Source of the DNA: Pseudohongiellaceae bacterium | Lineage (GTDB): Bacteria; Planctomycetota; B15-G4 | Direction: 5' to 3' | DNA length: 42,340 bases | Assembly: GCA_047638635.1 (NCBI GenBank) | Contig: JBLIMM010000003.1 | Coordinates: forward strand, 1 to 42,340 | Shown: in pieces, positions 19,374-29,157 of the stretch | How the letters are laid out: each line of letters begins with the position of its first letter | How positions within the stretch are numbered: the stretch's first letter is position 1 | Made by a program: the position numbers and the translations under genes | Notes under the pieces: generated by a model | Told to the model about the DNA's origin: nothing | What the model saw: only the letters and a program-made list of their open reading frames with translations | The model's database searches: none

Positions 19374-20579
19374 GTGTTAGTCCTGGCGAACTTGCACGGC
19401 GAGGCGGTCCTGGCTGGAATGTCAGCAGGGCGCGGGGCCACCCTGCCCCGGGTGCTACTGCAACGGCTCTCAGCCACGGGCACCTTGCTCCGTGTGTTCT
19501 GTACCTCGTCCGATCGCCTGTGGACACCGCAAGCTGTAGATCCTCGTTGTTTGCCTGAGGTGCCGAGTTTCTCTGACTCGGGAGACACGGGTGCACCCAC
19601 GCTCATCCATGGCGAGCCGCCTGCTCTCGCACCCGGTGAACAGCTCCGCCCCTGGATGTCCAGCCCTGTGGGGCATTGCGTTGCAGCGTCTCAGGTGGCC
19701 GTGGCTCAACGGGTGTGCCATCGGCGTTTCGGCCTCGAATTGAGCGAAATTCTGGGATTGGGGCTGCCAGGAGCCCGCATGGTGTCCTCCGTGGAAGAGT
19801 TGCAGCGGCACCTCGCTGATGAGGGCGCTGGCGCCGCGCCGGACGGCCGCTGGGTGCTCAAGCCACCGATGTCCGCTGCGGGGCGTGGGCAGCTGCTGTC
19901 ACCGAATGGCGCCGCCTTGGGCGATCCCTCGTGGCGTGGGCGCGTGGTTGCAGCCTTCGAGCTTCACGGGGAGATGCTCTTCGAGCCCTGGCTGGATCGG
20001 GTTCACGACCTGGGTTGCCGGGGAGAGGTGCTGCAGGGCTCGGTGAAGGTCCTGGGCATGCACGGCCTCGTTGTGGGCCCTACGGGGCACTTTGCGGGAG
20101 TGCTGGTGGCACCAGCCGGCTGTGACGACGAGCGCCTGTCTCAGTCGGTTCGGGGCTTCACTCCAGCTGTGGCAGCCGCCCTGAGCGCAGTCACGGAGCA
20201 GGTGGGCCAGGCCCTCGTTGTGGCGGGGTATGAGGGCCCTTTTGGCGTCGATGCCTTCACCCATCGACTCGCCAGCGGCGAGCTGGTCTTTCGGGGTCTG
20301 TGCGAGATCAACGCCCGGCTGACGTTCGGAAGGGTCGCCGCCGAGTGGTTGCAGCGCGCGGCCCCCGAGGCAGAAGAGCCCGCCCGGCTGTTGTTCGCCC
20401 GTGGCCCACTGGATGCTGCTGTGGAGCAATCACAGCAACGGCGAAGTGCGCTCGACGAAGGGGGACAAAGCCTGGGGGCTGCGGCGTCCCGGTCACGACG
20501 AGTGGTGCCCTTGCTGACGCCTGACGGGAGCCACAGTCGCGCTGGCACGTCGGCCTGGCTTGAGCTCGGCTGTGACTAG
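19374..20579 (+). CDS. ATP-grasp-like ligase of unknown substrate (start uncertain: GTG 19374, or ATG 19333 with a 1-nt frameshift)
   Basis: WVLKPPMSAAGRGQ, FEPWLDR, GYEGPFGVDAF and CEINARLTFG match ATP-grasp Lys, Gly-loop and ExNxR motifs. Confidence 0.72.
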   Translation: MLVLANLHGEAVLAGMSAGRGATLPRVLLQRLSATGTLLRVFCTSSDRLWTPQAVDPRCLPEVPSFSDSGDTGAPTLIHGEPPALAPGEQLRPWMSSPVGHCVAASQVAVAQRVCHRRFGLELSEILGLGLPGARMVSSVEELQRHLADEGAGAAPDGRWVLKPPMSAAGRGQLLSPNGAALGDPSWRGRVVAAFELHGEMLFEPWLDRVHDLGCRGEVLQGSVKVLGMHGLVVGPTGHFAGVLVAPAGCDDERLSQSVRGFTPAVAAALSAVTEQVGQALVVAGYEGPFGVDAFTHRLASGELVFRGLCEINARLTFGRVAAEWLQRAAPEAEEPARLLFARGPLDAAVEQSQQRRSALDEGGQSLGAAASRSRRVVPLLTPDGSHSRAGTSAWLELGCD

Positions 20580-20660
20580 CCGGCATGTCTCACCAGATTC
20601 GTGGTGAAGGTGCGTCGCCTGACGCTGCACGAGGAAACCGAAGAGCCGGAAGAACGGTCA

Positions 20661-20833
20661 GGTCAGAGCCCCGGCCAACGATAGCTGCTGCCCTGAGCCG
20701 TCCTTCCGGACATCATTCGGTTGATCCGTTGGCTGACCGCGCAGCTTGTGAGCTGGGCGATCAACGGGTGGACCAACAAGAGAACCTCGGCAAAATCTTG
20801 GTGGAGCAGCAGTTGCCCCCGTGAGGGTCTGCC
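20661..20833 (+). ncRNA. ssrS: Probable 6S RNA
   Basis: ~173-nt rod with central bubble. CAAC 20676-79/GTTG 20812-15; GCTGCT 20684-89/AGCAGC 20805-10; GCCG 20697-700/CGGC 20788-91; bubble 20701-18/20775-87; 20719-32 pairs with 20761-74 using three G-U pairs (favouring + strand); terminal CAGCT-TGTG-AGCTG. Carries CCCTGAGCCG just 5' of the bubble as in E. coli 6S. Confidence 0.6.
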
Positions 20834-21014
20834 GTGGGTCTCAGCTGGTATCACCGCGGGATGACAGTCGCGGTGTGTCGAAGTCGGGAGAGGCCGCGTG
20901 AGCGACTTGGGTGGTCGCCCCACTTCTGAGCGGATTTACACGGGGGCCTACAGCGGGTAACCCACAAAAAAGACTTGGGAGCTGCGAAGTGTTGTGAGCT
21001 TGTGTACGCGGGGC

Positions 21015-21953
21015 TCAGTCTGCGGTGAAACTGAACTGCTTCTCGAGCTGCGTGTGGGCTACGCCGGCGACCTCGACGTAGGGGTAGATCAGGTAGTTCA
21101 GGGGCGCTGCGGCCTGGGGCGGGTCGAGGGTCAGATCTCGTCCGACGGTGAAGGCGAGGCGGTCGGGAGTCAGGTGGCCGAAGTAGTACTCCTTCAGCTC
21201 GGGGTGCTTATCCGCCTCAGAAATGTCACAGGCTGACCAGCGGCCGTCGGCCTCAAACCAAGCCCAGCAGTGGTAGCCCCCGATGGAGCCGGCGTTGCTG
21301 TCCCGGGGCAGGGGAAAGCCCATCTCGAAGCGGGCTGGGATCTTGTTGCCGCGGCACAGGGCGATGAAGAGGCTGTGAAAGTCGGTGCAGTTGCCGTGGC
21401 CGCTGTCGCAGACCCAGAGGGCGTCGCCCCGTCCCCAATCGCCACCGGCGGGCTTGTTGTAGGTGACCTGCTCATCCACGAGATCGTAGAGCTGCCGGGG
21501 GGCGACGGCCTCGGGAGCAGCCTTCACGAGCTGGGTCACTGCCGCAGCGCCCACGGGCACCATGGCATTGGATTGCAAGAAGAGCTGCCGCTGTCCAGGG
21601 CTGAGCTGAGCTCCCGACTGGGGCTTCACCTCGCTGCGATGCACCGAGTACACCACCTTCAAGGGGATCCGGCCGGAGGAGTCGGCGCGAGCTTCGGTGT
21701 AGAGCAGGCGGTTGCCATAGCGCTCTTCGGTGGTGAAACGCGAGTCTCCCGGGACGTCCACGGTCTCGATCTCGATCTGCTGGTGCGCGCCATTCTGGGC
21801 CACAGGCAGCCAGATGCGCGCCACGGCCCCAGGGGCCAAGTCGGTGATCGTTGCCCCGTAGGTGAAGCTGAACGACCGTCCCGCAGGCTCGTCAAGGGAA
21901 GCGCAGCTCGTGAGCATCAGCGCCAAGACGAAGAGCAAACGTAGGCTGGGCAT
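21015..21953 (-). CDS. Transglutaminase-like (Cys-His-Asp) domain lipoprotein
   Basis: MPSLRLLFVLALMLTSC lipobox. GNCTDFHSLF, GYHCWAWF and W...D catalytic triad motifs. Confidence 0.87.
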   Translation of the reverse strand: MPSLRLLFVLALMLTSCASLDEPAGRSFSFTYGATITDLAPGAVARIWLPVAQNGAHQQIEIETVDVPGDSRFTTEERYGNRLLYTEARADSSGRIPLKVVYSVHRSEVKPQSGAQLSPGQRQLFLQSNAMVPVGAAAVTQLVKAAPEAVAPRQLYDLVDEQVTYNKPAGGDWGRGDALWVCDSGHGNCTDFHSLFIALCRGNKIPARFEMGFPLPRDSNAGSIGGYHCWAWFEADGRWSACDISEADKHPELKEYYFGHLTPDRLAFTVGRDLTLDPPQAAAPLNYLIYPYVEVAGVAHTQLEKQFSFTAD

Positions 21954-22091
21954 GGTCGGTCTCAGAAGGGTGGGCAGGCGGATCATGGCGAGGCCAAAGA
22001 GACGGGTCAAGGTCGCTCCAACCCCATGCTGCGGCCCTGTGTCTGGTAGTGTCTGCTGCCTGCTGATTGCCACCTTGTTGAGGATGTTCAT

Positions 22092-22658
22092 TTGAAGCGT
22101 GTTTGCGTTTATTGCGGCTCAAACCCCGGAACCGACCCGATCTTCGCCGAGAGTGCCCGTGCCTTGGGGCGAGAGATTCTGGCTCGCGGTTGGGGCATGG
22201 TCTTCGGCGGTGGCAGCGTGGGCCTCATGGGCATCGTCGCTGACACAGTGCTGGAGGGTGGAGGCGAGGTGCTCGGTGTCATTCCCCGAGAGTTAAAGGA
22301 ACGGGAGCTGGGCCATCGAGGATGCACGAAGCTCCATGTGGTTGAGTCCATGCACGAGCGCAAGTTCTTGATGGCTAGCCTGGCTGACGGCTTCGTGGCC
22401 TTGCCTGGCGGTGTGGGGACGCTCGAAGAGATCACCGAGGCCCTCACCTGGACCCAGCTGGGCGTGCACGCGAAGCCTTGCGGCTTGCTCAACATCGCTG
22501 GCTACTGGAACCCGCTTACCGAAATGTTCGATCGCTTTGTGGCGTCGGGGTTCATGAAGCCGTCCCACCGTGAGCTCTTGCAGCAGGGGGAGACACCAGC
22601 CGAGATTCTCGATGCCTTGGCCGCTTGGGAGCCCAGGGAACACCGCCCCTGGAACTGA
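22092..22658 (+). CDS. LOG-family nucleotide phosphoribohydrolase (TIGR00730 type)
   Basis: VCVYCGS, GGGSVGLMG, MHERK, PGGVGTLEE. TTG start with GAGGA SD. Confidence 0.92.
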   Translation: MKRVCVYCGSNPGTDPIFAESARALGREILARGWGMVFGGGSVGLMGIVADTVLEGGGEVLGVIPRELKERELGHRGCTKLHVVESMHERKFLMASLADGFVALPGGVGTLEEITEALTWTQLGVHAKPCGLLNIAGYWNPLTEMFDRFVASGFMKPSHRELLQQGETPAEILDALAAWEPREHRPWN

Positions 22659-22805
22659 ACAGCCATCCTTAGGTTGGAGGCTTTGCTTGTGAGCGGGCAG
22701 AGGGCTTTGCTACGTCGCGTCTTAGAACTCTTGGGGTGCTCCCCGAAAGAGCAGGGGATACGATCCCATCAAGCGCGGCCAATCGAGGCGCTTAGGAGGC
22801 AGGCG

Positions 22806-23300
22806 ATGACGACGCAGGGAGACTACGACCACGTGCAGCGAGGCCGCATACATTGGCTGATCTACGCCGTGGCTACCATCTGCACTTGGGCGGGTATCGC
22901 TGTTCTTGATGGAACCGTGGAGCCCGAGGCCGACTTTCGGGAGCCCGGTCTATGGCTCTTCTTCTCGGTGGCTGCTGTGTCGGTACTGTTGGCCATGAAC
23001 TTTCAGTACATGCGTGTGCGCGATGGGGGCGATGTGCTGCAGATCAACTTCGGCCCCCTCCCGTTGCTGAGCAGAGAAGTGAGCTACGGCGACATCGAGA
23101 GCGTGACCCAGGGGCGCACGTCGGTGATCGATGGCTGGGGTGTCCACGTGATGCCCGGGCGCGGTTGGACATGGAACATCTGGGGGCGTGACTGCGCCGA
23201 GCTCCGTGTGGACGGGGCCAAACTACGGGTGGGGACGAACGACCCGGCGGGCTTGGTGGCGCTGATCCAAAAGCGCATGGCTGAGTCGGTGAAGGCGTAG
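22806..23300 (+). CDS. Two-TM membrane protein with PH-like C-terminal domain
   Basis: AGGAGG SD before ATG 22806. Two TM helices, then GWG..., WNIWG and LRVGTNDP..L motifs. Confidence 0.75.
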   Translation: MTTQGDYDHVQRGRIHWLIYAVATICTWAGIAVLDGTVEPEADFREPGLWLFFSVAAVSVLLAMNFQYMRVRDGGDVLQINFGPLPLLSREVSYGDIESVTQGRTSVIDGWGVHVMPGRGWTWNIWGRDCAELRVDGAKLRVGTNDPAGLVALIQKRMAESVKA

Positions 23301-23368
23301 AAGCTTGGGCGTAGGCTGCGGCGCGGCGAAGACAGCCGCGTGAGCGCCAGTACGTCCCGAGTTTCGCC

Positions 23369-23404
23369 GAATCGGCCAGGGGTGAATCGGCCAGGGGTGA
23401 ATCG
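23369..23404. repeat. 15-bp tandem repeat GAATCGGCCAGGGGT x2.4 between convergent genes
   Basis: Exact copies at 23369-23383 and 23384-23398, plus GAATCG, ending next to the recQ stop. Confidence 0.8.
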
Positions 23405-23405
23405 C

Positions 23406-24851
<1,446 letters not shown>

Positions 24852-24953
24852 GGCGGGAGCTTAACCTGCATGTCTCACCAGGCTCCGCGGCGGCTCTCAT
24901 GGAGCCTTTGGGCTTGCTGGGCGAGAGGGGCTGACGAGGCCGTTTTTGGGTCC

Positions 24954-24992
24954 ACAGAAAAGCGCAGGCCGTGCGAAGCACGACCTGCGCTT
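24954..24992 (-). terminator. Intrinsic terminator on the minus strand
   Basis: Minus strand reads GCGCAGGUCGUGC-UUC-GCACGGCCUGCGC-UUUUCUGU: a 13-bp GC-rich stem with one U-G pair (an A-C mismatch on the + strand) followed by a U-tract. Confidence 0.75.
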
Positions 24993-25552
24993 GCCGCGCG
25001 GACAACGTCCGTGTGGCTAAATGGATAACTCTGTACTGATTGCCGAAGGCGCTACGGAGAGGGGGAGACGCGGTTTGTACCGGGTCGCTGCAGGTCGTTC
25101 ATCCCGCAGCCCCGTGAGGGGTCCTGGCAACTCTGTGGTCGCCGGCCTTGCTGCGAGATCTAACCCCGTCGGGCTCACCTCGCGGCCGAGTCGGTTCCCG
25201 GGCCTTCATTCAGTGATGTGCGTCGTGTTGTCAGGGATTCTTGGACGTGGGTGGCCGTCGTTTGAAGCCCCGGAGAAGCATGTCGCGAACGGTGGACGTT
25301 GCCCGCCGCACTCCGCCCCTCAAGAGGGGCTCTGACATGTTTCACACCTAGAAGAATACGGGATCGAATGTCCCGAACATAGTGGCAGCTTGGTGTGCTC
25401 TTGTCTGTCGCCGTTGCGTAACGGTTGTCACTTATGAGCGGCGCCCTCATGCCCGCAGTGACGGACACGGCTTGATCACAAGCCATCCTCTGGGCTGCGG
25501 GGCTGAGCGGGTCCTGAAAAGACCGCGACAAATCAAATGGGCGGGCTGCCAT
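24954..25552 (-). ncRNA. Candidate large structured RNA (unassigned family)
   Basis: Nested multi-branch helices across an intergenic region with no convincing ORF, most G-U pairs favouring the minus strand, ending in the terminator above (see findings). Confidence 0.45.
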
Positions 25553-25689
25553 GAACGGCCCAGTGTGATCGTCACAAGGGGCCTAGCGAGTTTTGGGTTG
25601 GTCACCCTCCGCCCCCGTCGGGCGTCGTCCTGCCGGTGTCGACCGGAGAAGACGGAGTGGTGACGAACCTTTTCTCTCGTGCCGCAGGG

Positions 25690-27225
25690 TCAGACGATCA
25701 CCTTGGGTTGCTTCACGGCTCGGACCTCGTCGGGCCGGCCGATGCTGCGGGAGTAGGGGGCGTGCTTGACGTACTCCGCACCCTCCTCGGTGGCGCACTC
25801 ATCGACAATGGCCCGCATGACCTCGATAAAGCGATCGAGGGTCCCTTTCGACTCGGTCTCTGTGGGCTCGATCATCATGGCTTCGGGCACGATCAGCGGG
25901 AAGTAGACCGTGGGCGGGTGAATGCCGTAGTCGATCAGCCGCTTGGCGACATCAGTGGCCTTGATGCCGTTGGGTAGCCCCTTGGCTGTGACCACGAACT
26001 CGTGCATGCAGGGCTCGTCGACCCACACCCGGTACACATCCCGCAGCTTCACTCGCAGGTAGTTGGCGTTGAGCACCGCGTTGTCGGCGATGGCCAACAT
26101 GCCCTCGGGACCATTGGCGCGCATGTAGGTGTAGCTGCGCACCATCACCCCAGCGCTGGTGAGGTATCCACGGGTTCGTCCGATGGACTTCTCTGACTCT
26201 TCGACGATTTCGAACCGGGGACCGCTCGCCTCTTCGTGCCGGGCAATCTTGGGCACGGGCAGGTAGGGGGCCAGGTTCGCGCCCACCGCGATGGGCCCAG
26301 CGCCAGGCCCACCGCCGCCATGGGGCTGGCTGAAGGTCTTGTGCAGGTTGAAGTGCATCACATCCACGCCGAAGTCGCCGGGGCGAGTGCGGCCCAGGAT
26401 GGCGTTCATGTTGGCGCCGTCCATGTAGACCAGACCGCCGGCTTCACGAATGGCGTCGCAGACGTTCTTGATGTTGGGCTCGAACAGACCCAGGGTCGAC
26501 GGGTTGGTGATCATCAGCCCAGCGATCGAATCGCCGCTGCCGATCTTGGCCGCCAGGTCGTCCATGTCGACCCGACCCCTAGGATCACTTTTGAGCTCTC
26601 GGGTGATGAAGCCAGCCATGGAGCAGCTGGCGGGGTTCGTGCCGTGGGCACTATCGGGGATCAAGATGACGTTGCGGTTCTGGCCGCCATTGTCATCGAG
26701 ATACGCGCGCATGACCATCAGCGCGGTGAGCTCGCCGTGGGCACCAGCAGCCGGGTGCAGGCTCACCGAGTGCAAGCCGGACACGGCCTTCAAGATCTCT
26801 TCGACCCGCCAGCAGATCTCAAGCTGTCCCTGCATCTGATCTTCTGTTTGCAGCGGATGCATGGACGCCAAGCCGGGCAGCCCGCTGACCCGCTCGTTGA
26901 TCAGCGGGTTGTACTTCATGGTGCACGAGCCCAACGGGTAGAAGGCGTTGGCGATGGAGAAGTTGAGCGAGCTGAGCCGGGTGTAGTGGCGCTGAGTGTC
27001 GAGCTCGCCTACCTCGGGCAGCTCGGCGGGCTCGGCGCGCAGGGCGAAGTCGGGCAGCACCGACCCGGGGTCCATGTCGTCGTAGCCAGCGGGGGGCGGG
27101 CGCACGCCGCGCCGGTCGGCCACCGAGACGTCGAAGATGGTCAGGGGCGGGTTGTCGATCTTCAGCTTCGGCGCCTGTCGCGTCGCGTTGGGTGCTGCTG
27201 CTGGGGTGTCGGTGGCGTTGCTCAT
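25690..27225 (-). CDS. gcvPB: Glycine dehydrogenase (decarboxylating) subunit 2
   Basis: YPLGSCTMKYNP, PAAGAHGE, PDSAHGTNPAS, YMDGANMNA, HFNLHKTFSQPHGGGGPG (PLP Lys), IEPTETES. Confidence 0.95.
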   Translation of the reverse strand: MSNATDTPAAAPNATRQAPKLKIDNPPLTIFDVSVADRRGVRPPPAGYDDMDPGSVLPDFALRAEPAELPEVGELDTQRHYTRLSSLNFSIANAFYPLGSCTMKYNPLINERVSGLPGLASMHPLQTEDQMQGQLEICWRVEEILKAVSGLHSVSLHPAAGAHGELTALMVMRAYLDDNGGQNRNVILIPDSAHGTNPASCSMAGFITRELKSDPRGRVDMDDLAAKIGSGDSIAGLMITNPSTLGLFEPNIKNVCDAIREAGGLVYMDGANMNAILGRTRPGDFGVDVMHFNLHKTFSQPHGGGGPGAGPIAVGANLAPYLPVPKIARHEEASGPRFEIVEESEKSIGRTRGYLTSAGVMVRSYTYMRANGPEGMLAIADNAVLNANYLRVKLRDVYRVWVDEPCMHEFVVTAKGLPNGIKATDVAKRLIDYGIHPPTVYFPLIVPEAMMIEPTETESKGTLDRFIEVMRAIVDECATEEGAEYVKHAPYSRSIGRPDEVRAVKQPKVIV

Positions 27226-28577
27226 CGAATTGTCTCCAAGGCGGCGACCAGTGCGTCGATTTGCTCTTTCGGGTTCATGTCAGTGACGGCGATGAGCAGC
27301 TCGTGGCTGCGGGTGCCTTCCCAGCGGGCCAGGTCGTAGCCGCCGATGATGCCGTGGTCGTCGATCAGGCGTCGGTTGACTTCCGCAGCTGGGAGTGGCG
27401 TGCGCACCACGAACTCGTTGAAGAAGGGACGGTTGGGGTGGACTAGCTCGTAGCCGTCGATGGCTGCAATGGCGTGGGCGGCACGGTGTGCCCGGGTGAG
27501 GTTCACTCGGCCCAGCTCGACGAAGCCTTGCTTGCCCATGAGCGTCATCCAGATCGTGGCGCGCAGGGCCATGAGCTGCTGGCTGGTGCAGATGTTGCTG
27601 GTGGCCTTGGCCCGGCGGATGTGTTGCTCGCGGGTTTGAAAAGTCAGCACCACCGCGCGGTTGCCGTCGTCGTCGACAGTTTCGCCAGCGATGCGGGCGG
27701 GTACTTGGCGGACGTTCTCCATACGCGTGCAGAGGTAGCCCACGCCGGGGCCGCCTCCCCAGGGCTGGTTGCCCATACCCGTGGCGTCGCCGCAGACGAT
27801 GTCCGCGCCCTTGTTGCCTGGGGCTTCGAGCACGGCGAGGGACACCGGGTCGGCGGAGACGACGGAGAGCGCCCCGCCAGCCTTGGCAGCTTCGGTCAGC
27901 GCTCCAACCTTCTCGACCACGCCCAAGAAGTTGGGGCTTTGGATGACCACGGCGGCCACGTCTTGGGTCGCGCCGATGGCTGAGGTCACGGTGGCCCAGT
28001 CGGTGGCCCCGTCGGTCAGCGGCACGGTGACCAGCTCGATGTCGATGTTCTTGAGGTAGGTGCGCAGGCAGCCGATGGAATCGGGGTGTACGCCTTCGCT
28101 CACCACGATGCGCTTGGCCTTGCGCTTGAGCCGCAGCGTCATCAGCACCGACTCGACCACGGAGGTGGCGCCGTCGTACAGGCTGGCGTTGCTCACTTCC
28201 ATGCCCGTGAGCCGGCACATCATGGTCTGCCACTCAAGGATGGTCGTCAGAGTGCCTTGGCTGGCCTCGGGTTGGTACGGGGTGTAGGCCGTCCAAAACT
28301 CGGTGCGCTGTTGCAGGCTGTCCACCAGCGCGGGGCAGAAGTGGTGGTAGCTGCCGGCGCCGAGAAAGCTGGGGTGGTCATCTGCTGAGACATTCTTGGC
28401 TGCCAGCTCTTTAAGGTGCCGAAACAGCTCGTCTTCGGTGAGCGCCGGGTCTATGGGCAACTCCCCTTCGAAACGACAGTTCTCGGGGATGACGGCCATC
28501 AGCTCGTCGATGCTGGCGACGCCCACAGCGGCCAGCATGGCTGCCCGATCGGCATCTGTATTCTGAACGTAGTTCAC
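27222..28577 (-). CDS. gcvPA: Glycine dehydrogenase (decarboxylating) subunit 1
   Basis: FLGAGSY.H, TAYTPYQPEASQG, NASLYDGAT, TREQHIRRAKATSNICT. Confidence 0.95.
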   Translation of the reverse strand: MNYVQNTDADRAAMLAAVGVASIDELMAVIPENCRFEGELPIDPALTEDELFRHLKELAAKNVSADDHPSFLGAGSYHHFCPALVDSLQQRTEFWTAYTPYQPEASQGTLTTILEWQTMMCRLTGMEVSNASLYDGATSVVESVLMTLRLKRKAKRIVVSEGVHPDSIGCLRTYLKNIDIELVTVPLTDGATDWATVTSAIGATQDVAAVVIQSPNFLGVVEKVGALTEAAKAGGALSVVSADPVSLAVLEAPGNKGADIVCGDATGMGNQPWGGGPGVGYLCTRMENVRQVPARIAGETVDDDGNRAVVLTFQTREQHIRRAKATSNICTSQQLMALRATIWMTLMGKQGFVELGRVNLTRAHRAAHAIAAIDGYELVHPNRPFFNEFVVRTPLPAAEVNRRLIDDHGIIGGYDLARWEGTRSHELLIAVTDMNPKEQIDALVAALETIR

Positions 28578-28664
28578 AGGCTCTCTCAGTCAGGCACCAG
28601 CTGGCGCGAGACGGCAAGCGGTGCGGCTACGGCCTTGGGGGCGACAAGTGCCCCGTGGCTGGGA

Positions 28665-28692
28665 GTCGGGAGCGCAGGGGTGCGCTCCCGAC
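28665..28692. other. Perfect 12-bp hairpin in the gcvH-gcvPA spacer
   Basis: GTCGGGAGCGCA-GGGG-TGCGCTCCCGAC, with no U-tract on either side. Confidence 0.7.
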
Positions 28693-28735
28693 ATGTGGTG
28701 CAGTGTGCGAGTTGAGCGGCAGAAGCTCTGCCGGA

Positions 28736-29116
28736 TCAGCTCGAGGCCTCGATGAAAGCCTCGTAGGCGGCGGCATCCAGCAGTCCTTCGGGTGGCGCTG
28801 ACATGGTGATCTTGATCATCCAGCCCTTGCCGTAAGGATCAGTGCCAATGTCGCCCAAGTTGTCTTCGAGGGTGCCGTTCACTTCGGCCACCGCGCCGTT
28901 GACGGGAGCGTTGAGGTCGGAAACGGCTTTCACCGATTCAATCTCGCCGAAACTCTCGCCAGCGGTGACGTCGTCGCCCACTTCGGGAAGATCGATGAAG
29001 ACCAAGTCAGAGAGGGTCTCTGTGGCGTGGGCGGTGATGCCGATCGTGGCGATGTCGCCCTCGATGCGGACCCACTCGTGATCTTCGGTGTACTGCAGGT
29101 CAGTCGGGTTGCTCAT
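28736..29116 (-). CDS. gcvH: Glycine cleavage system H protein
   Basis: YTEDHEWV, GITAHA...L.D.VF.DLP, IESVKAVSD (lipoyl Lys), DPYGKGW. GGAG SD before ATG 29116. Confidence 0.95.
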   Translation of the reverse strand: MSNPTDLQYTEDHEWVRIEGDIATIGITAHATETLSDLVFIDLPEVGDDVTAGESFGEIESVKAVSDLNAPVNGAVAEVNGTLEDNLGDIGTDPYGKGWMIKITMSAPPEGLLDAAAYEAFIEASS

Positions 29117-29157
29117 CCCGGGCAAAGCTCCTGTTTGGTCTGATTGTCGGTGCGGGC

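Noticed and set aside
20585-21014. RNase P RNA, tmRNA or SRP RNA
   Set aside because: No GAGGAAAGUCC or AACAGAA..CGGCUUA, no tRNA-like ends, and no SRP GGAA-loop motif on either strand.
24960-24992. Group II intron domain V
   Set aside because: Lacks the catalytic AGC/CGC triad geometry, the bulge and a following domain VI. It fits an intrinsic terminator better.
25020-25353. oriC or parS signals (TTATCCATT on the minus strand near 25020-25028; TGTTTCAC at 25338-25345)
   Set aside because: One imperfect DnaA box and only a parS half-site, with no box cluster or AT-rich unwinding element.
25021-25552. ORFs 25021-25335 (+) and 25175-25552 (-) as proteins
   Set aside because: No clear SD, no recognisable motifs, and Arg/Ser/Pro-rich composition typical of non-coding GC-rich DNA.
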